Shown piece by piece: positions 26,170-39,957 of a stretch of 64,000 nucleotides of DNA. The stretch's first letter is position 1. The number at the start of each line of letters is the position of its first letter. This stretch comes from Anaerolineae bacterium (GTDB lineage Bacteria; Chloroflexota; Anaerolineae; Aggregatilineales; Phototrophicaceae): the NCBI GenBank assembly GCA_034437895.1, contig DAOTTO010000358.1:7366-71365 (forward strand). Direction: 5' to 3'. A program made the translations under genes and the position numbers. A model generated the notes under the pieces. The model saw only the letters and a program-made list of their open reading frames with translations, was not told the origin of the DNA and made no database searches.

Positions 26170-28380
26170 ATGTTATTACGCGCATATCGAATAACAGATC
26201 GCTTGGGATTAGTCATCCTAAAAATGAGTGTTGGCCTTAGCGCTGCGCTCCTTGATGGGGTACAGATTCTTTTAGGGTCTGGCGCAGGTATTTTTGGGAC
26301 ATTTTTTACTCGCCTTGCTGGGATTATTCTAGCGATTGCGCTTTTTCTCTGGTCGATTGTGCGCGGAATCGGGAAGATGATCTGGCGCTTGATGATGGCG
26401 CTTTTTGGCTTGTTAGGGATTGCTACAACGCGCATGGCTCAATCTGGGGGACGTTCTACCGGGCAAGCAGTTCGCAGCGCACAAGGGGCAGCCTCTGATG
26501 CGATGGCGCGACAAGCAGCACGGGCAGAAATGGAAGTGGGGTTAGCGGAAGACCCGTTACGGGCGCAAAATCGCGCTTTGAGTGGATTGGTTGTGATTGC
26601 TTTGGCGGCGCTCGTTGTTGCCGTTATTTGGGCAACTTCACGGCCTGACGAAACACCTTTTGGCACTGTTGTGAACGATAGCAATGTGAACCTCAGCGCG
26701 AGTAATGCGACTGCCGCGCCGACGGTTCCTGGTGGCGTACTGTTAGCGACTCCTGTGCCGACGGCAACACAACTGCCAGAAGTTTTACAGGTGCGGGGCA
26801 GTTTAGCATTTGTCGCTCGTGAGGGAGCGCAGCAAGACATTTGGGCGGTTTCTGTGGGCGGGACGAATGCGATTCGGCTGACGAATAATCCAGCGGATGA
26901 ACGTGACCCGTCGTGGTCGCCTGATGGTCAGCGTTTGGCATATTCCTCCCATAAAGATGGCAATTGGGAGATTTATATCCAAACTCTCGTAGGTGATGAA
27001 CCAACCCGCATGACTTACGATCTTTCATTTCAAGCCAATCCTGTTTGGAGTCCTGATGCGGCTTATCTGGCTTATGAGAGCTACTTGGGTGACAATTTAG
27101 ATATTTATGTGATGAGTTTGATTGATACCACAACGCCGCCCCGTCCGCTGCCATCTTCGACACTCGCGCCGGAATTTTCTCCTGCGTGGTCGCCTGATGG
27201 ACGGCGGATTGCTTATACCTCTTGGCAAGACGGCAATCAAGAGATTTATGTGTTTTCGTTGGACACTTTGGAAGCAGCTAACCTAACGAATACGCCTGAA
27301 CGTAATGAAGATTATGCTGCATGGAGTCCTGACGGAAATTTAATTGCGTACAGTGGGGTTGATGGAGGGATCGAAAAAGTATTCATTAAATCTGCTAACG
27401 ATCCCAATTCTGCCGCGCAAGTCTTTCGGGGTGGAAGGATGCCTTTTTGGTCGCCGGACGGCAACAGCCTTGTGTATGTGGTGGATTCGTTTGAAGGGAC
27501 GCAGTTCATCGTCGAACCTTATCAAAATGAAGGATTGGCGACACCGATTATGGCAGTTCTGCTTCCGGCAGTTGACCCAACATGGACGACAGCCGCACTC
27601 CCAGCCGCGCTGGTGAATGCTGGTGGGCTTCCTCCGGCTGTGAGCGAACCATTGTATCGGGAACAGTTCAGTACCGCCGATGCCCAGCCTTTATATCGCT
27701 TGGCAGCGATCAATAATGTGAGTGGGCTTCAATCACCTTTTCTTGCGGATCGTGTGAATGATTCTTTTAATGCGCTCCGGGCGATGGTTGCACAACAAGC
27801 TGGATTGGACTTCTTGGGGCAGTTAGAAGCCGCCCTGTTGGATATAAATACGCTGCCGCAGCCAGGCGAAGAACGGCGTAGTTGGCTAAAAACAGGTCGG
27901 GCGTTTTCGATCAATCGCAATTTGTTGTTTGGGGGTTTTCCTGTGCCGATTGAAGTCGTGCGGGAGGATACTGATCTTGAGACATCTTGGCGTGTGTATA
28001 TTCGCGTGTCGGAAGATGCTCAATCCGGGCAGTTGGGCGAGCCACTGCGCCGGATGCCTTGGCAATTTGCTAACAGCGCACAAGGCGATGTTGAGGCTTA
28101 TGATCAAGGCGGACGCTTACAGGCGCAAATGCCCGCCGGATATTATATCGATTTTACCCAGCTTATATTGGATTATGGCTGGCAGCGGATGCCTGCTGGC
28201 GCGGATTGGCGGGCGAATGCGTTAGCGAGAAATTATTGGATATTCTATAAACCAGATAGGCTGACATGGTATGACGCAATGCGTGAAATCTGGCCTGATG
28301 GACAGCTCATTAACTTCCGTCCGACGGATGTGCCGCTGCCAGCACCAACGCCGACGGTTGAAACAGGTTCGGGAGGATAA
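26170..28380 (+). CDS. Membrane-anchored PD40/TolB-like beta-propeller protein with an uncharacterised C-terminal domain
   Basis: It has N-terminal hydrophobic helices and at least five PD40-type repeats (SWSPDGQRLAYSS, VWSPDAAYLAYES, AWSPDGRRIAYTS, AWSPDGNLIAYSG, FWSPDGNSLVYVV). The last ~250 aa are unassigned. Confidence 0.75.
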   Translation: MLLRAYRITDRLGLVILKMSVGLSAALLDGVQILLGSGAGIFGTFFTRLAGIILAIALFLWSIVRGIGKMIWRLMMALFGLLGIATTRMAQSGGRSTGQAVRSAQGAASDAMARQAARAEMEVGLAEDPLRAQNRALSGLVVIALAALVVAVIWATSRPDETPFGTVVNDSNVNLSASNATAAPTVPGGVLLATPVPTATQLPEVLQVRGSLAFVAREGAQQDIWAVSVGGTNAIRLTNNPADERDPSWSPDGQRLAYSSHKDGNWEIYIQTLVGDEPTRMTYDLSFQANPVWSPDAAYLAYESYLGDNLDIYVMSLIDTTTPPRPLPSSTLAPEFSPAWSPDGRRIAYTSWQDGNQEIYVFSLDTLEAANLTNTPERNEDYAAWSPDGNLIAYSGVDGGIEKVFIKSANDPNSAAQVFRGGRMPFWSPDGNSLVYVVDSFEGTQFIVEPYQNEGLATPIMAVLLPAVDPTWTTAALPAALVNAGGLPPAVSEPLYREQFSTADAQPLYRLAAINNVSGLQSPFLADRVNDSFNALRAMVAQQAGLDFLGQLEAALLDINTLPQPGEERRSWLKTGRAFSINRNLLFGGFPVPIEVVREDTDLETSWRVYIRVSEDAQSGQLGEPLRRMPWQFANSAQGDVEAYDQGGRLQAQMPAGYYIDFTQLILDYGWQRMPAGADWRANALARNYWIFYKPDRLTWYDAMREIWPDGQLINFRPTDVPLPAPTPTVETGSGG

Positions 28381-28386
28381 GGCTAA

Positions 28387-29772
28387 ATGTCAAATCGTAA
28401 ACGCGGACACAGTGCAAATCGTCGTGCCGGAGGTCTGCCCACGGTTTTAGTGCTGCTGATTACTTTTGGTGGTTTTGGGTATTTGTTGTGGCAGAATTCA
28501 GAAGCAGGCGCACCGCTGCAAGCTGTTGTTCCTACACAGTCCGCCCCTACTGAGGAAATTAACCCTTGGGGCGAAGTGCTGCGTGATGGATTTGGTGAAA
28601 ATAGTACGCCGCTGCCAACCATTCCGATTCCAACTGAGCTATATGTACCGCCGACTTTACCGGGCGGCGACTTGCCGACCATTACACCCTTTGCGGCGGC
28701 GAATTTGAGTACACAAACTTTTGTTGAAACCGGACCCGTGAGTGTAGGGATAGTGCCAAGCCTGCCGCCAGCGACAGCGGAAAATGGCAGTGTACTTTTA
28801 AGCGCTGGAACCGCGATATTGGCGACAGTGCAGTCTGTTCCTACACCTAATCTGACTTGGCAGCCACCGCCGTTACAACCTCCGCTTAATCGTGATCCGC
28901 AAGGGCGCGACCATTATTTTTTCATCCGGCCAGTTGATTCTAATGCCGCGAACTTTGGCATTTTCTATTATTCGTATGGCTCTGATGGGCAGCAGGAGGC
29001 CAATCCGCTGCGTGTGCATCATGGAATCGATATGTCTAATCCAGTAGGGCAGACGATTCGGGCGGGACTCTCCGGCACCGTTGTTTTTGCGTCCTCGGTT
29101 GAAGACCCGTATTTTCAGAATACATTCAGTTACGGCAATGTGGTCGTGATTGAGCATGATTATGGCTGGCTGGGGAATCGGCTTTTCTCGCTTTATGCCC
29201 ATTTGCAAGAGGCAGTGGTGCAAACCGGACAATATGTCACAACTGGACAAGCGATTGGCATTAATGGCAATACGGGGCAGGTCACGGGCCCGCACGTCCA
29301 TTTTGAAGTGCGTATGACCAGCAGCCCAGATGCAATTCCCCAATATGGCGAGACGTACAATCCTTTATTGTGGATGGTGCCTTATGTTGGGCATGGCACG
29401 ATTGCAGGGCTGTTGGTAGATGAACGCGGTGACACGTTAGATGATTATGATATAACGCTGCGGAATGTCTCTACAACGCTTTTACAGTCCACGACTACGA
29501 CCTATATTTTTGACGATACCGTCAATCAAGTGAATCCTGACCCAAATTGGGGGGAGAATTTTGTCTTTGGTGATGTGCCTGTAGGCCGTTATGAGGTAGT
29601 TGCTACGGTGAATGGGCTGAGGGTCGCGGCGACAGTGACGGTCTCCGAAGGGATGACGAGTTTTGTGGATTTACGCCCGAATCAGCCGGATGTCGCGCTC
29701 GCGCCGGGTACTGGTGCGGTTTTACCCTCGACCCCTGCATCCACTCTGCCCGCCACACCGCCGGGCGGATAA
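28387..29772 (+). CDS. M23-family (LytM-type) metallopeptidase, membrane-anchored, with a C-terminal beta-sandwich-like domain
   Basis: The TM anchor is LPTVLVLLITFGGFGYLLW. M23 motifs are HHGIDM and GNTGQVTGPHVHFEV. The C-terminal segment GDVPVGRYEVVATVNG resembles carboxypeptidase-regulatory-like folds. Confidence 0.85.
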   Translation: MSNRKRGHSANRRAGGLPTVLVLLITFGGFGYLLWQNSEAGAPLQAVVPTQSAPTEEINPWGEVLRDGFGENSTPLPTIPIPTELYVPPTLPGGDLPTITPFAAANLSTQTFVETGPVSVGIVPSLPPATAENGSVLLSAGTAILATVQSVPTPNLTWQPPPLQPPLNRDPQGRDHYFFIRPVDSNAANFGIFYYSYGSDGQQEANPLRVHHGIDMSNPVGQTIRAGLSGTVVFASSVEDPYFQNTFSYGNVVVIEHDYGWLGNRLFSLYAHLQEAVVQTGQYVTTGQAIGINGNTGQVTGPHVHFEVRMTSSPDAIPQYGETYNPLLWMVPYVGHGTIAGLLVDERGDTLDDYDITLRNVSTTLLQSTTTTYIFDDTVNQVNPDPNWGENFVFGDVPVGRYEVVATVNGLRVAATVTVSEGMTSFVDLRPNQPDVALAPGTGAVLPSTPASTLPATPPGG

Positions 29773-29874
29773 CGGTGGGTAAGCGTAGGGGTTATATCCA
29801 TAGCGATTATGAACTTTATGGGCTAAACTTGATTCTGCAACACTTTTACTCGTTGATTTGAGGAGACATGCTTC

Positions 29875-32058
29875 ATGCGTGGTTGTGTCACTCCTATACG
29901 GTGCGGCCTATCCATCGGACGCTGGCTGCCGTTGTTCATAATTGTGCTGTTTGTATCGCTCTCGTTAGCGCAGGACGCAAGCCGCACACTTTCTTCTGGT
30001 GTTCCAGTGGTAGGGATATTGGACGCTGAAACCCCTGCCCAAGTTTATAACTTTACAGCCACAATGGGCGACAGCGTTTCATTGGCGATAGCTTCTGATG
30101 AAGGCTTGGTGCTTACAGCAATTTTGACGGATGGGCAGGGCAATATTCTTGGTCAGTCCACTGATGCAACTGCTTCAGGGCAGGTACTGCTGGCTGGGGT
30201 CGAGATCAGCACGAGCAGTATTTATTATGTGACGATTTTTCCGGCTGCGGGCGTGGAAAATGTCATAGAGGGTAATTTTACTTTAACCCTGTTAATCGCA
30301 GGCGCAGAGATTGTATCGACGACAGTTGCAGAGGTGACTGCACAACCCGAAGCGACATCGGAAGCAACCTCACCTGTTGAAACGACTGTTCCAGAAACAT
30401 TTTCTGTGGGGCAAACCCTCCTCAGCGGCGGCGGCATTCAGGCCGATTTGCGTTGGAATTCCGACGATGATTTGAATTTGCAAGTGCGCGACCCCGCTGG
30501 CGAGACCTTGTTTTGGGATTCTCGAATCACTAACAGCGGCGGTACGTTTGGCTTTGATGTGAATGGATTATGCGAAGTTTTGACGGCAACGGATAATGTT
30601 GAAACTGCATCATGGCCTGTGGGACCTGTAGCGACAGGGAGCTATGAGGTGCTGGTCTATTATCGCCAATCGTGCGGCGATACGAGTGATCTGGTTAACT
30701 TCACTTTAGATATTTCGGTTAATGGCGTTCCCCTCACGCCAGTGGCTGGCAATGTGCTGCCGCCGCTTCCGGGAACGGATAGTGTGTATATCACGAGCTT
30801 TAAGATTGTTGATGATGGCAGTGCTACTGCTGGATTGGGCGGCCCGTATATTGATACACGGACTCTCGATGTTGCTCCGGCGGATTTAATTGAGCAGGCG
30901 ACGCAGACATTGACGATTGAGTCCCCCGTCACTGGCCTCATTACCAATGAGCAGCCGTACCAGACCTATCGTTTTGACGGGACTTCGGGACAAGCCATTT
31001 CGATTTCGATGACCCGCGACCTTGGAAGCCTAGATACACTGCTGCTGATATTGGATTCGGCGGGGAATGTGGTGGATGGTAACGACGATATCGAAGTGCC
31101 AGTTAATACCAACTCGGCTTTGAATTTACTGCGACTACCTGCAACCGATACCTATACGATTGTGGCTTCGCGTTACGGTAAGACTGTTGGTGGCACGGAA
31201 GGCACGTATTCACTGGTGGTTTCTGGGCAGACATCGCTGGTTCTGCCGCAGGAAGTGGTTAATCTTAACCTCCCGCAGGGGGATATTCAGATCACGCTCA
31301 CTTGGAATACCGGGGCGGATTTGCGCCTGCTTGTGCGTGACCCGGCCTTAAATTCGATTTTTAATGACGAGCCGACTTCTCCGACAGGGGGACGTTTGCA
31401 AGAGGTGGGCAATTTGAATTGCACCCCATCTTTAAGCACAACGCCTGTCTCATACATCTATTGGCCTCCGGGCTTGCTGCGGATTGGCTCGTATGAAGTT
31501 GATGTTTTCCATCGGAATGAGTGCAGCGATACAGCACCGGTGACGTTTAATCTTTATGTGTCGGTATTGGGGCAGTTGGTCTTTACCCAGACCGGAACGT
31601 TAACGCTCGGTCAGCGTTATTTGACTAGCTTCAATATTGCCGATACTGAAGGTAATACAGCGTTCAACGACGGTGGTTTAATCAGCGACAGCACCGCCTT
31701 GAACTATCAGGCTGACCTCGCCTCTGCTGTAAGTGTTACAACCGATCAGCGGGTGACGGGGACGATCACTAATGATAATACCTTTGACCTTTACACGTTT
31801 GAAGGGCAAGCCGGCGATGTTGTGACCGTTAGCTTGAATAACTCGAATGGTAATCTTGACCCGCTGTTATATTTAGTGGGCCCAAATGGGATTGAAATCG
31901 CTAATAATGACGATTCTAACGAGACGACCAATTCCCTGATTAGCTCCATCCTCCTCACAGAAGATGGTACATATACGGTGATCGCAACCCGTTTTGGGGC
32001 GCAATTCGGCGGAACAACGGGTGCATACAACCTATTGCTGCGAATTGACCGTCCATAA
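29875..32058 (+). CDS. Secreted repeat protein: three PPC (pre-peptidase C-terminal)-like modules alternating with two DUF2135/YfaP-like modules; no catalytic domain recognised
   Basis: It has a signal peptide (WLPLFIIVLFVSLSLAQD). An internal duplication is visible (ADLRWNSDDDLNLQVRDPAGE / ITLTWNTGADLRLLVRDPALN; GSLDTLLLILDSAGNVVDGNDD / GNLDPLLYLVGPNGIEIANNDD; TEGTYSLVV / TTGAYNLLL). Confidence 0.65.
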   Translation: MRGCVTPIRCGLSIGRWLPLFIIVLFVSLSLAQDASRTLSSGVPVVGILDAETPAQVYNFTATMGDSVSLAIASDEGLVLTAILTDGQGNILGQSTDATASGQVLLAGVEISTSSIYYVTIFPAAGVENVIEGNFTLTLLIAGAEIVSTTVAEVTAQPEATSEATSPVETTVPETFSVGQTLLSGGGIQADLRWNSDDDLNLQVRDPAGETLFWDSRITNSGGTFGFDVNGLCEVLTATDNVETASWPVGPVATGSYEVLVYYRQSCGDTSDLVNFTLDISVNGVPLTPVAGNVLPPLPGTDSVYITSFKIVDDGSATAGLGGPYIDTRTLDVAPADLIEQATQTLTIESPVTGLITNEQPYQTYRFDGTSGQAISISMTRDLGSLDTLLLILDSAGNVVDGNDDIEVPVNTNSALNLLRLPATDTYTIVASRYGKTVGGTEGTYSLVVSGQTSLVLPQEVVNLNLPQGDIQITLTWNTGADLRLLVRDPALNSIFNDEPTSPTGGRLQEVGNLNCTPSLSTTPVSYIYWPPGLLRIGSYEVDVFHRNECSDTAPVTFNLYVSVLGQLVFTQTGTLTLGQRYLTSFNIADTEGNTAFNDGGLISDSTALNYQADLASAVSVTTDQRVTGTITNDNTFDLYTFEGQAGDVVTVSLNNSNGNLDPLLYLVGPNGIEIANNDDSNETTNSLISSILLTEDGTYTVIATRFGAQFGGTTGAYNLLLRIDRP

Positions 32059-32226
32059 TTGCCCCATTTCTTGTAAATAGCCAGAAACAGGTCTGGAAAT
32101 AGGCCAGCAATTCCGCTATACTTCAAACCTATAACTAACCACGATCTGCCGGGTGAAGAACTTACCCGGTAGATTCTGTGTCTGTTTAGCAATATAAGCC
32201 CAAAAAACTGACGAAAGTGTTTGTGG

Positions 32227-32898
32227 ATGAAATTCCGCCTGATATTAACTGCTGCTGCTCTCATGATTCTAGCGGCTTGTGGTCCCACCCCTGAGTTAAG
32301 AAATGAAAACTTTCTTCGTGACACAAGTTTCCTCACTGATGAACCCTGTGGTGCGCCTTGTTGGAGAGGCATTACACCGGGTGAAACCGCATGGAATGAC
32401 GCTTTGACGATTATTGAAGATGATGTGACGTTGGATGAGCTAAAAACCGAAAGCAGCGAAAATAGCCCCATTATCGGTGCGGTGTGGTCGCAGAAAGACG
32501 GCGATGGCTGCTGCCAGATGTATACCGAAGAGGGCGATACGGTTGATATTATCATCTTACAAACCGCGCCGGATGCCACATTAGGTCAGGTTATCGAAAA
32601 ATGGGGTGAACCCACCTATGCTGTTGGCGAGCCGTTTTCCGACGATCAGGCCGTATTCAGCCTGTTTTACCCCGATATTCCGATGCTGGTCTATGCTTTT
32701 GTGGCTGGCGAGGCGGGTGAATTAAGTGATGCGAGCGAGATCATTGGTTTTGGCTATTTCGCGCCGGATCGTATGGATTTATTGTTACAGGCCAGCAGCC
32801 TGCATATATGGGAAGGGTATCAATCTTTCGCTGATTACATGAACAGCGAATTTGAGGTCACACCGAGCATTACGCTGACACCTATCCCAGAAAATTAA
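32227..32898 (+). CDS. Hypothetical lipoprotein
   Basis: The lipobox is MKFRLILTAAALMILAAC-G. The mature part has no motif I recognise. Confidence 0.6.
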   Translation: MKFRLILTAAALMILAACGPTPELRNENFLRDTSFLTDEPCGAPCWRGITPGETAWNDALTIIEDDVTLDELKTESSENSPIIGAVWSQKDGDGCCQMYTEEGDTVDIIILQTAPDATLGQVIEKWGEPTYAVGEPFSDDQAVFSLFYPDIPMLVYAFVAGEAGELSDASEIIGFGYFAPDRMDLLLQASSLHIWEGYQSFADYMNSEFEVTPSITLTPIPEN

Positions 32899-32966
32899 TG
32901 AGCGACTTCTTGCCGGGTTTGTTCCGGCGTGATCTAACCACCTATTAGAGAGTGAGGAGCAGGGCG

Positions 32967-33737
32967 ATGAGCGAAGATGTAAAAACTGAAGCCCCCAGTT
33001 CAATTGATGAATTGAAGACTGCAATGGCACTGAAGGGTACCGTGAAGCGTTTGGAATTATATGGGGCGTTTGTCGATATTGGCTTAAAGCAAGATGGCCT
33101 GCTGCATATTTCGCAGTTGGGGAAGCCAAATGTCCGCAATGTGGAAGATGTGGTCAAACCGGGCGATCAGGTAACAGTCTATGTTCTGAAGGTCGATTCG
33201 GCAGCAGGACGGGTGGCGCTTTCTTTGGTCGAGCCGCCTGCGGTGAATGTCGAGGACATCAAAGAGGGCGACATCATCAAAGGCAAAGTGGTTCGGATTG
33301 AGCCTTACGGTGTTTTTGTGGATATTGGCGCGGAACGTGCAGGTATGGTGCATGTCTCCGAATTGGCGGATGGTTACGTAAAGTCACCTTCTGATCTCGT
33401 CAAAATTGGACAGGAAGTCGATGTGCGTGTCATCAAGGTTTCTCGTAAGAAGAAACAAATGCAGATCGACCTGAGCATGAAGCAGCCGCAGGAACGGATT
33501 GAAATTGTCGCTCCTGAAGAGGATGAAGAAGAATCCCCAACGGCAATGGCGATGGCACTGCGTAAAGCCATGCGGAGCGATCGTGACAACGCGAGTAATG
33601 ATGACGCTTATCAAGATGAATATCAAGAAATGCTGCGGATGTCTCGCGGGCGCAACAATAAGAAAGACAAGCGCCGTAACCGCAATCAGCAAGATGATAT
33701 TATTCAGCGTACCCTCCGTAATCACTCGTCAAACTGA
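32967..33737 (+). CDS. RNA-binding protein with two S1 domains and a basic C-terminal tail
   Basis: There are two S1 units (GTVKRLELYGAFVDIG...; GKVVRIEPYGVFVDIG...) and a Lys/Arg/Asn-rich tail. ATG 32967 lies 7 nt after GAGGAG. Confidence 0.8.
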   Translation: MSEDVKTEAPSSIDELKTAMALKGTVKRLELYGAFVDIGLKQDGLLHISQLGKPNVRNVEDVVKPGDQVTVYVLKVDSAAGRVALSLVEPPAVNVEDIKEGDIIKGKVVRIEPYGVFVDIGAERAGMVHVSELADGYVKSPSDLVKIGQEVDVRVIKVSRKKKQMQIDLSMKQPQERIEIVAPEEDEEESPTAMAMALRKAMRSDRDNASNDDAYQDEYQEMLRMSRGRNNKKDKRRNRNQQDDIIQRTLRNHSSN

Positions 33738-33891
33738 AAAACTAAGCCGCACACCGGGAAACTGGTGTTAACGATGACCGCCCCCATAAGCCAGGGAAAA
33801 TTCCCCCTGAGTTATGCGGGTGGTTTCAGTTTAAAGCTGGATGGCTTTATGATGGATGTCGTTTATTTGACCTGCGCTTTTGGGAGCCTTG

Positions 33892-35010
33892 ATGAGCCAA
33901 TTAATTAACCTGCTCACAGATATGAAAAATGAGATTGAAGGTTTAGCCGAGCATCTCCATGTTAATGAGAAGGCACAAAAAGCGGATTCGTTGGAACAGC
34001 AAGCCACTGCGTCCGATTTTTGGAGTAACCCTGAGTCTGCTCAAAAGACGATGCAAGAGATGGCGCGGCTGCGAACCGAGATCGAGCCTTGGCAGAAGAT
34101 GGTGACGCGCATTAATGACGCTTTGGAGCTGGCGGAACTCGATGATCCTGAGCTGATACCCGAACTTGAAGAAGAGGTTGCGTTTCTTTCTAAACAGATC
34201 GGGAAGATGTCACTTCAAGCTATATTAAGTGGTACTTATGACGGCGAAAACGCGATTTTTGCCATTCATGCGGGCGCAGGTGGTACAGAAGCACAGGACT
34301 GGACACAGATGCTTGAGCGCATGTATTTGCGTTGGGCGGAGCAAACTGGCTATAAAGTGGAAATCATTGATCGCAGTGACGGGGAAGAAGCCGGGCTAAA
34401 AAGCGTAACAATGAGCATTCAGGGTCCCTATGCCTTTGGCTGGCTGCGTAGCGAACAGGGCGTACATCGTCTGGTGCGGATTAGCCCGTTTGATGGCTCC
34501 AGCCGCCGCCACACCTCTTTTGCAAAAGTCGAATTGTGGCCTGATATTCAGGGTGAGATCGATATTGAGATCAATATGGAACGGGATGTTCGCATTGATA
34601 CCTATCGTTCCAGTGGGGCTGGCGGACAGAACGTTCAGAAGAACGATACGGCGGTTCGGATGACCCATATTCCAACTGGGATCGTCGTACAATGTCAGAA
34701 TCAGCGCAGTCAGCTACAAAACCGTGAACGTGCCTTACAGATTTTGAAGGCGCGGTTGTTCGAGATGGAACGTAAGAAAAAAGAGGCGGAACTTTCTGCG
34801 CTTAAGGGTGAGAATGTTGACGCGGGGTGGGGCAATCAAATTCGGTCTTATGTATTGCATCCCTATCAAATGGTCAAAGATCATCGCACGGATTATGAAA
34901 CAGGCAATACGGGTGCCGTCCTTGATGGACGTTTGAATGATTTTATGGAAGCGTATTTGCGGACGCACATTCCGCCTGCGACGAATCATGATATGAACGT
35001 GGCCTCCTAA
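33892..35010 (+). CDS. prfB: Peptide chain release factor 2, encoded in a single uninterrupted frame
   Basis: It has the RF2 tripeptide SPF (RISPFD) and the GGQ motif (SGAGGQNVQKN). The N-terminal domain is in frame, so there is no internal TGA or +1 frameshift site. Confidence 0.92.
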   Translation: MSQLINLLTDMKNEIEGLAEHLHVNEKAQKADSLEQQATASDFWSNPESAQKTMQEMARLRTEIEPWQKMVTRINDALELAELDDPELIPELEEEVAFLSKQIGKMSLQAILSGTYDGENAIFAIHAGAGGTEAQDWTQMLERMYLRWAEQTGYKVEIIDRSDGEEAGLKSVTMSIQGPYAFGWLRSEQGVHRLVRISPFDGSSRRHTSFAKVELWPDIQGEIDIEINMERDVRIDTYRSSGAGGQNVQKNDTAVRMTHIPTGIVVQCQNQRSQLQNRERALQILKARLFEMERKKKEAELSALKGENVDAGWGNQIRSYVLHPYQMVKDHRTDYETGNTGAVLDGRLNDFMEAYLRTHIPPATNHDMNVAS

Positions 35011-35076
35011 CAACTTGACAGAAAAAAGTATCGCGTTTATCATCTTGTTAAGCTAATATCCGAATTTAACGCCTAC

Positions 35077-35104
35077 TTGACAAGCAAGTACAAGGTGGTA
35101 TACT
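35077..35104 (+). promoter_or_regulatory. Near-consensus sigma70 promoter upstream of rpoC
   Basis: TTGACA (35077-35082), a 16-nt spacer ending in TGG (extended -10), then TATACT (35099-35104). It lies about 178 nt upstream of the rpoC start. Confidence 0.6.
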
Positions 35105-35281
35105 CTATACTACCTATGATGACTGATATGTGCTTCCAAACCACAAGAAACCCAGCGTTGGGAAACTATCCCCAATCGCTATTTTGTTGTCTACAGCACA
35201 TGTAGTAGTAAACCCACAAGTCTTTAAATAGCAACTCCTCGAAATGTACTTTTATCGTGTTAACGCACAGGAGGAAATGCC

Positions 35282-39856
<4,575 letters not shown>

Positions 39857-39915
39857 ACGATATCAGTTAAGGATGCAGTACTTTGCCTCCTTAACCACAA
39901 ATTAGTCTCTCATGG

Positions 39916-39957
39916 AAGCCGCCGTTGATGAAAAAATCAACGGCGGCTTTTAATTTT
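39916..39957. terminator. Strong bidirectional rho-independent terminator between rpoC and the convergent GH gene
   Basis: The perfect 14-bp stem AAGCCGCCGTTGAT / ATCAACGGCGGCTT has loop GAAAAA, followed by TTAATTTT. Confidence 0.85.

Noticed and set aside
25968-26435. A 155-aa minus-strand ORF across the divergent promoter region and the 5' end of the PD40 gene.
   Set aside because: It overlaps the start of a well-supported gene and the promoter region. The sequence is basic and low-complexity with no start signals.
31791-32579. A 262-aa minus-strand ORF spanning the end of the PPC-repeat gene, the spacer and the start of the lipoprotein gene.
   Set aside because: It overlaps two well-supported plus-strand genes. 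It has a Ser/Val/Arg-rich, featureless sequence and no start context. It is most likely a shadow ORF.
35116-35205. A possible 29-codon uORF (MMTDMCFQTTRNPALGNYPQSLFCCLQHM) in the rpoC leader.
   Set aside because: It has no SD and would begin only about 5 nt after the predicted TSS. Nothing in the peptide suggests a leader-peptide function, and coding cannot be supported from sequence alone.
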